Part shown: positions 61,605 to 64,000 of the stretch, piece after piece
How the letters are laid out: every line of letters starts with the position of its first letter
Numbering within the stretch: position 1 is the first letter of the stretch
Made by a program: the position numbers and the translations under genes
From: Desulfatiglandales bacterium
GTDB taxonomy: Bacteria > Desulfobacterota > DSM-4660 > Desulfatiglandales > Desulfatiglandaceae
Length of the DNA: 64,000 nucleotides
Assembly (NCBI GenBank): GCA_963666345.1
Contig: OY762721.1
Location: 1,248,001-1,312,000 of the forward strand
Direction: 5' to 3'
Notes under the pieces: model-generated
Told to the model about the DNA's origin: nothing
Seen by the model: only the letters and a program-made list of their open reading frames with translations
The model's database searches: none

Positions 61605-62657
61605 TTAAATATGGCCTGGCTCCCGACCCGCATAACCGGCAAGCGCCAGCAGTAAATGTTCCATAACAAGTTTTGTGTTGCGCATCCTCCTGAGATCGCT
61701 CTTGGCCCTGTCCAGGGCCGAGAGGTTTTCAATAAGGCCTTCTATCTTAAGGCCTTTGGAAATCTTTTTCAACTTCCCGGAAAAATCGGCATTTATCAAT
61801 ATCTCATCGGCACATGAAAGCCTGGTTGCCAAAAGATCCCTGTACCAGCTCTCCCATACCTCCAGCATCTCCAGTATTATCAGCCTTTCATCCGGTTTTT
61901 CCTCATCCGAGACCTTTTTTTCCTCGTCCCCCAGGTCATAGGCAATTTTCAATGCCTGACCCCTGGAAAGGCCGGGGATGTTCAGGGCCCTGGATATCCA
62001 CCTCTGCCTCTTTTCAAGGAAACCTTCCTTGCATATCCTGAGGGCTCCGCCTATGCTGCCGCCGGAAAGCCTGGCCGCAAGATCCGCCGAGTCCTTGTCG
62101 ACTCCTTCCCTGGAGCGGATGAAACCGCATATCTCTTCCATGGAAAGTGGTTGGAAGGAGACCCTCTGGCACCTTGATACAACCGTCGGCAGAAGTTCCA
62201 GAGGATCGGTTACGCTCAGGATGAAGATATTGTTCGGGGGCGGCTCCTCAAGTGTCTTTAAAAAGGAATTGGCCGACTCACGGTTAAGTCTTTCAGCCTG
62301 CTGAAGAATCGATACCCTGTAACCACCTGACACGGGCGGAAAGGCTATCCTCCTGTTCAACTCCCTTATCTGAGATATCCTTATATCCTGCCCATCAGGC
62401 ACTATCTCCAGAAAATCGGGAAAATTGCGGCCGGCGATCTGCCTGCAGATTGGGCAGGACCCGCAATTTTCCCCATTTTCCGGGTTCATGCAATTGAGTG
62501 CGGCGGTAAAGGCAAGGGCGGTCGTTGTCTTTCCGATACCGGGTATTCCTGTAAACAGATAGGAATGCGGAATCTTACCGCCCCTTATTACCTGTTTCAG
62601 GAACCCTTTGGCCTTTTCCTGACCTATGATCTGTGAAAAAGACAAGAAATCATTCAT
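61605..62657 (-). CDS. holB: DNA polymerase III delta prime
   Basis: HSYLFTG..GKTT, C4 zinc motif, ANSFLKTLEEPP and LPTVVSRC. Confidence 0.95.
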   Translation of the reverse strand: MNDFLSFSQIIGQEKAKGFLKQVIRGGKIPHSYLFTGIPGIGKTTTALAFTAALNCMNPENGENCGSCPICRQIAGRNFPDFLEIVPDGQDIRISQIRELNRRIAFPPVSGGYRVSILQQAERLNRESANSFLKTLEEPPPNNIFILSVTDPLELLPTVVSRCQRVSFQPLSMEEICGFIRSREGVDKDSADLAARLSGGSIGGALRICKEGFLEKRQRWISRALNIPGLSRGQALKIAYDLGDEEKKVSDEEKPDERLIILEMLEVWESWYRDLLATRLSCADEILINADFSGKLKKISKGLKIEGLIENLSALDRAKSDLRRMRNTKLVMEHLLLALAGYAGREPGHI

Positions 62658-63295
62658 TCGCCGATCTTGGACACTACCGGACGGAGAGATTCAAAGATCG
62701 ACTCCTCCAGTTTACCCACCTCCAAGGTGCCGTCAACGACCAGAAACCTGTCCTTTTCAGCCCCTGCCAGGGCAAGATATCCCTGCCTTACAGTCTCGTG
62801 GAATGCCATCTTCTCCCTTTCAAATCTGTCTTGCCCGCTCTGCGCCTCTGAAAGGTTCCGCTTTAATGCCCTGGCAATGCCGATTTCGACGGGACAGTCG
62901 ATAAGAAAGGTTATATCCGGGACAACACCTGCTGTCACATTCTCTTTCAGGATATTCAGCAAACCGGGATCCAGCCCTCTCGCATATCCCTGGTACACGG
63001 TTGTCGCATCAAAGAAACGGTCGCATATGACCCAGTCTCCCCTTTCAAGGGCGGGCATGATTATCTCGGCCATATGCTGGGCCCTGTCCGCGCAATACAG
63101 CATCAGTTCGGCTAGGGGGGAAAGGTTCTTATTCCCGGAGTCAAGAAGGATCTCTCTTATATCCTTGCCTATCTTCGTACCCCCCGGCTCGAGTGTGTGA
63201 ACAACGGGGATTGAGATTTTTTTCAACCTCTTCACAAGCCTTTTTACCTGGGTCGATTTACCGCAACCCTCAATACCTTCGAAGGTAATAAACAA
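62654..63295 (-). CDS. tmk: Thymidylate kinase
   Basis: FITFEGIEGCGKST, EPGGT, CDRF and YQG; TTG 63295 follows GAGGTG (ORF extends to ATG 63307). Confidence 0.96.
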   Translation of the reverse strand: MFITFEGIEGCGKSTQVKRLVKRLKKISIPVVHTLEPGGTKIGKDIREILLDSGNKNLSPLAELMLYCADRAQHMAEIIMPALERGDWVICDRFFDATTVYQGYARGLDPGLLNILKENVTAGVVPDITFLIDCPVEIGIARALKRNLSEAQSGQDRFEREKMAFHETVRQGYLALAGAEKDRFLVVDGTLEVGKLEESIFESLRPVVSKIGE

Positions 63296-63619
63296 AATGC
63301 ACCTCATAAAATAGTGTTTTCAGTACAATCTTTAGGCCGGGAGTATAGAAAAATTGATACAGGTAATCAAGAAGCAAAAAGGCCGGAGCTGATCCATGCC
63401 CGAATAAAGAACCTCAACTTAATCTTTTCTATTGACAACTGGACGATAATGACTAAAATCCGTTCGCCTTCATACCGCTCCCGCACAATCCTCTGAAGGT
63501 GCGCTGCATCCGTGCCCACGGGCGCAAAAAGGTTTGAAGCAAAGGCTACCGACGACAATACCGCCTTGGTTTGAAAGAAGACTCAAGGGCCCAATTGCAA
63601 AAAGGAGATTCAGACACGC

Positions 63620-64000
63620 ATGGACGATACCGGAAAACGCTTTTTAGAAGAACTCAACATGAAAAAGGAACAGTATGAAAAGGCAATAGCAAGGCTCAAA
63701 AAAAACCAGATGGATTATAATGATTATGCCCTCGGCGATAACAATATGGACGAATCGGACCAGGCCCAGCATGAAATATCGGTCTTCACCAATTACAACC
63801 TGATTGAGAAAAAGATCAGCGAGCTCAAAAAGGTAGACAGCCTGATACAAACGATTCTGAAAAGCAACAGATTCGGTGACTGCGAAGAGTGCGGGGAACC
63901 GATTCCGATTGAAAGGCTGCTTGTCGTGCCGGGCACGACCCTTTGCGTGGACTGCCAGAAGGAACTCGAAAAAAATGGTTATTCGAGGGGCCTGAACCGC
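63620..64000 (+). CDS. TraR/DksA C4 zinc-finger protein (runs off window end)
   Basis: Manually translated MDDTGKRF...DESDQA...FGDCEECGEPIPIERLLVVPGTTLCVDCQ; AAGGAG RBS; TTGACA-16 bp-TAAAAT at 63432-63459. Confidence 0.88.
   Translation, partial: MDDTGKRFLEELNMKKEQYEKAIARLKKNQMDYNDYALGDNNMDESDQAQHEISVFTNYNLIEKKISELKKVDSLIQTILKSNRFGDCEECGEPIPIERLLVVPGTTLCVDCQKELEKNGYSRGLNR

Overview
Bacterial chromosomal window. Gene content and order (split F1F0 operon with two b subunits and an upstream bactofilin, zapB-zapA-rny, tmk-holB-ricT-metG, several sigma-54 promoters) suggest an anaerobic Desulfobacterota/deltaproteobacterium; this is inference. Bases 1-6.4 kb are an AT-richer catabolic module (GntR, biotin carrier, carboxyltransferase, CoA transferase, TAXI-TRAP transporter). 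The rest holds mixed metabolic genes, a BirA-regulated biotin uptake operon, peptidoglycan recycling genes (nagZ, murU-like, amgK-like, ampG), an acyl-CoA ligase/thiolase/crotonase/acyl-CoA dehydrogenase operon, housekeeping and ATP synthase genes, and DNA repair/replication genes. I saw no rRNA, tRNA, CRISPR array, transposase or integrase. Best novelty candidates: (1) an unannotated, highly structured 240-330 nt RNA-like element with a pseudoknot-capable pairing and an orphan terminator upstream of asmA (about 15.9-16.3 kb); (2) an AmmeMemoRadiSam variant in which AmrA and AmrS both carry export-like N-termini and flank a membrane spermidine-synthase-like protein, with no adjacent AmrB (52.0-56.2 kb); (3) a sigma-54-driven leader or sRNA with an anti-Shine-Dalgarno loop (12.4-12.6 kb); (4) a 125-bp MITE-like element that supplies the queG stop codon. 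All calls are by eye from motifs; no searches were run.
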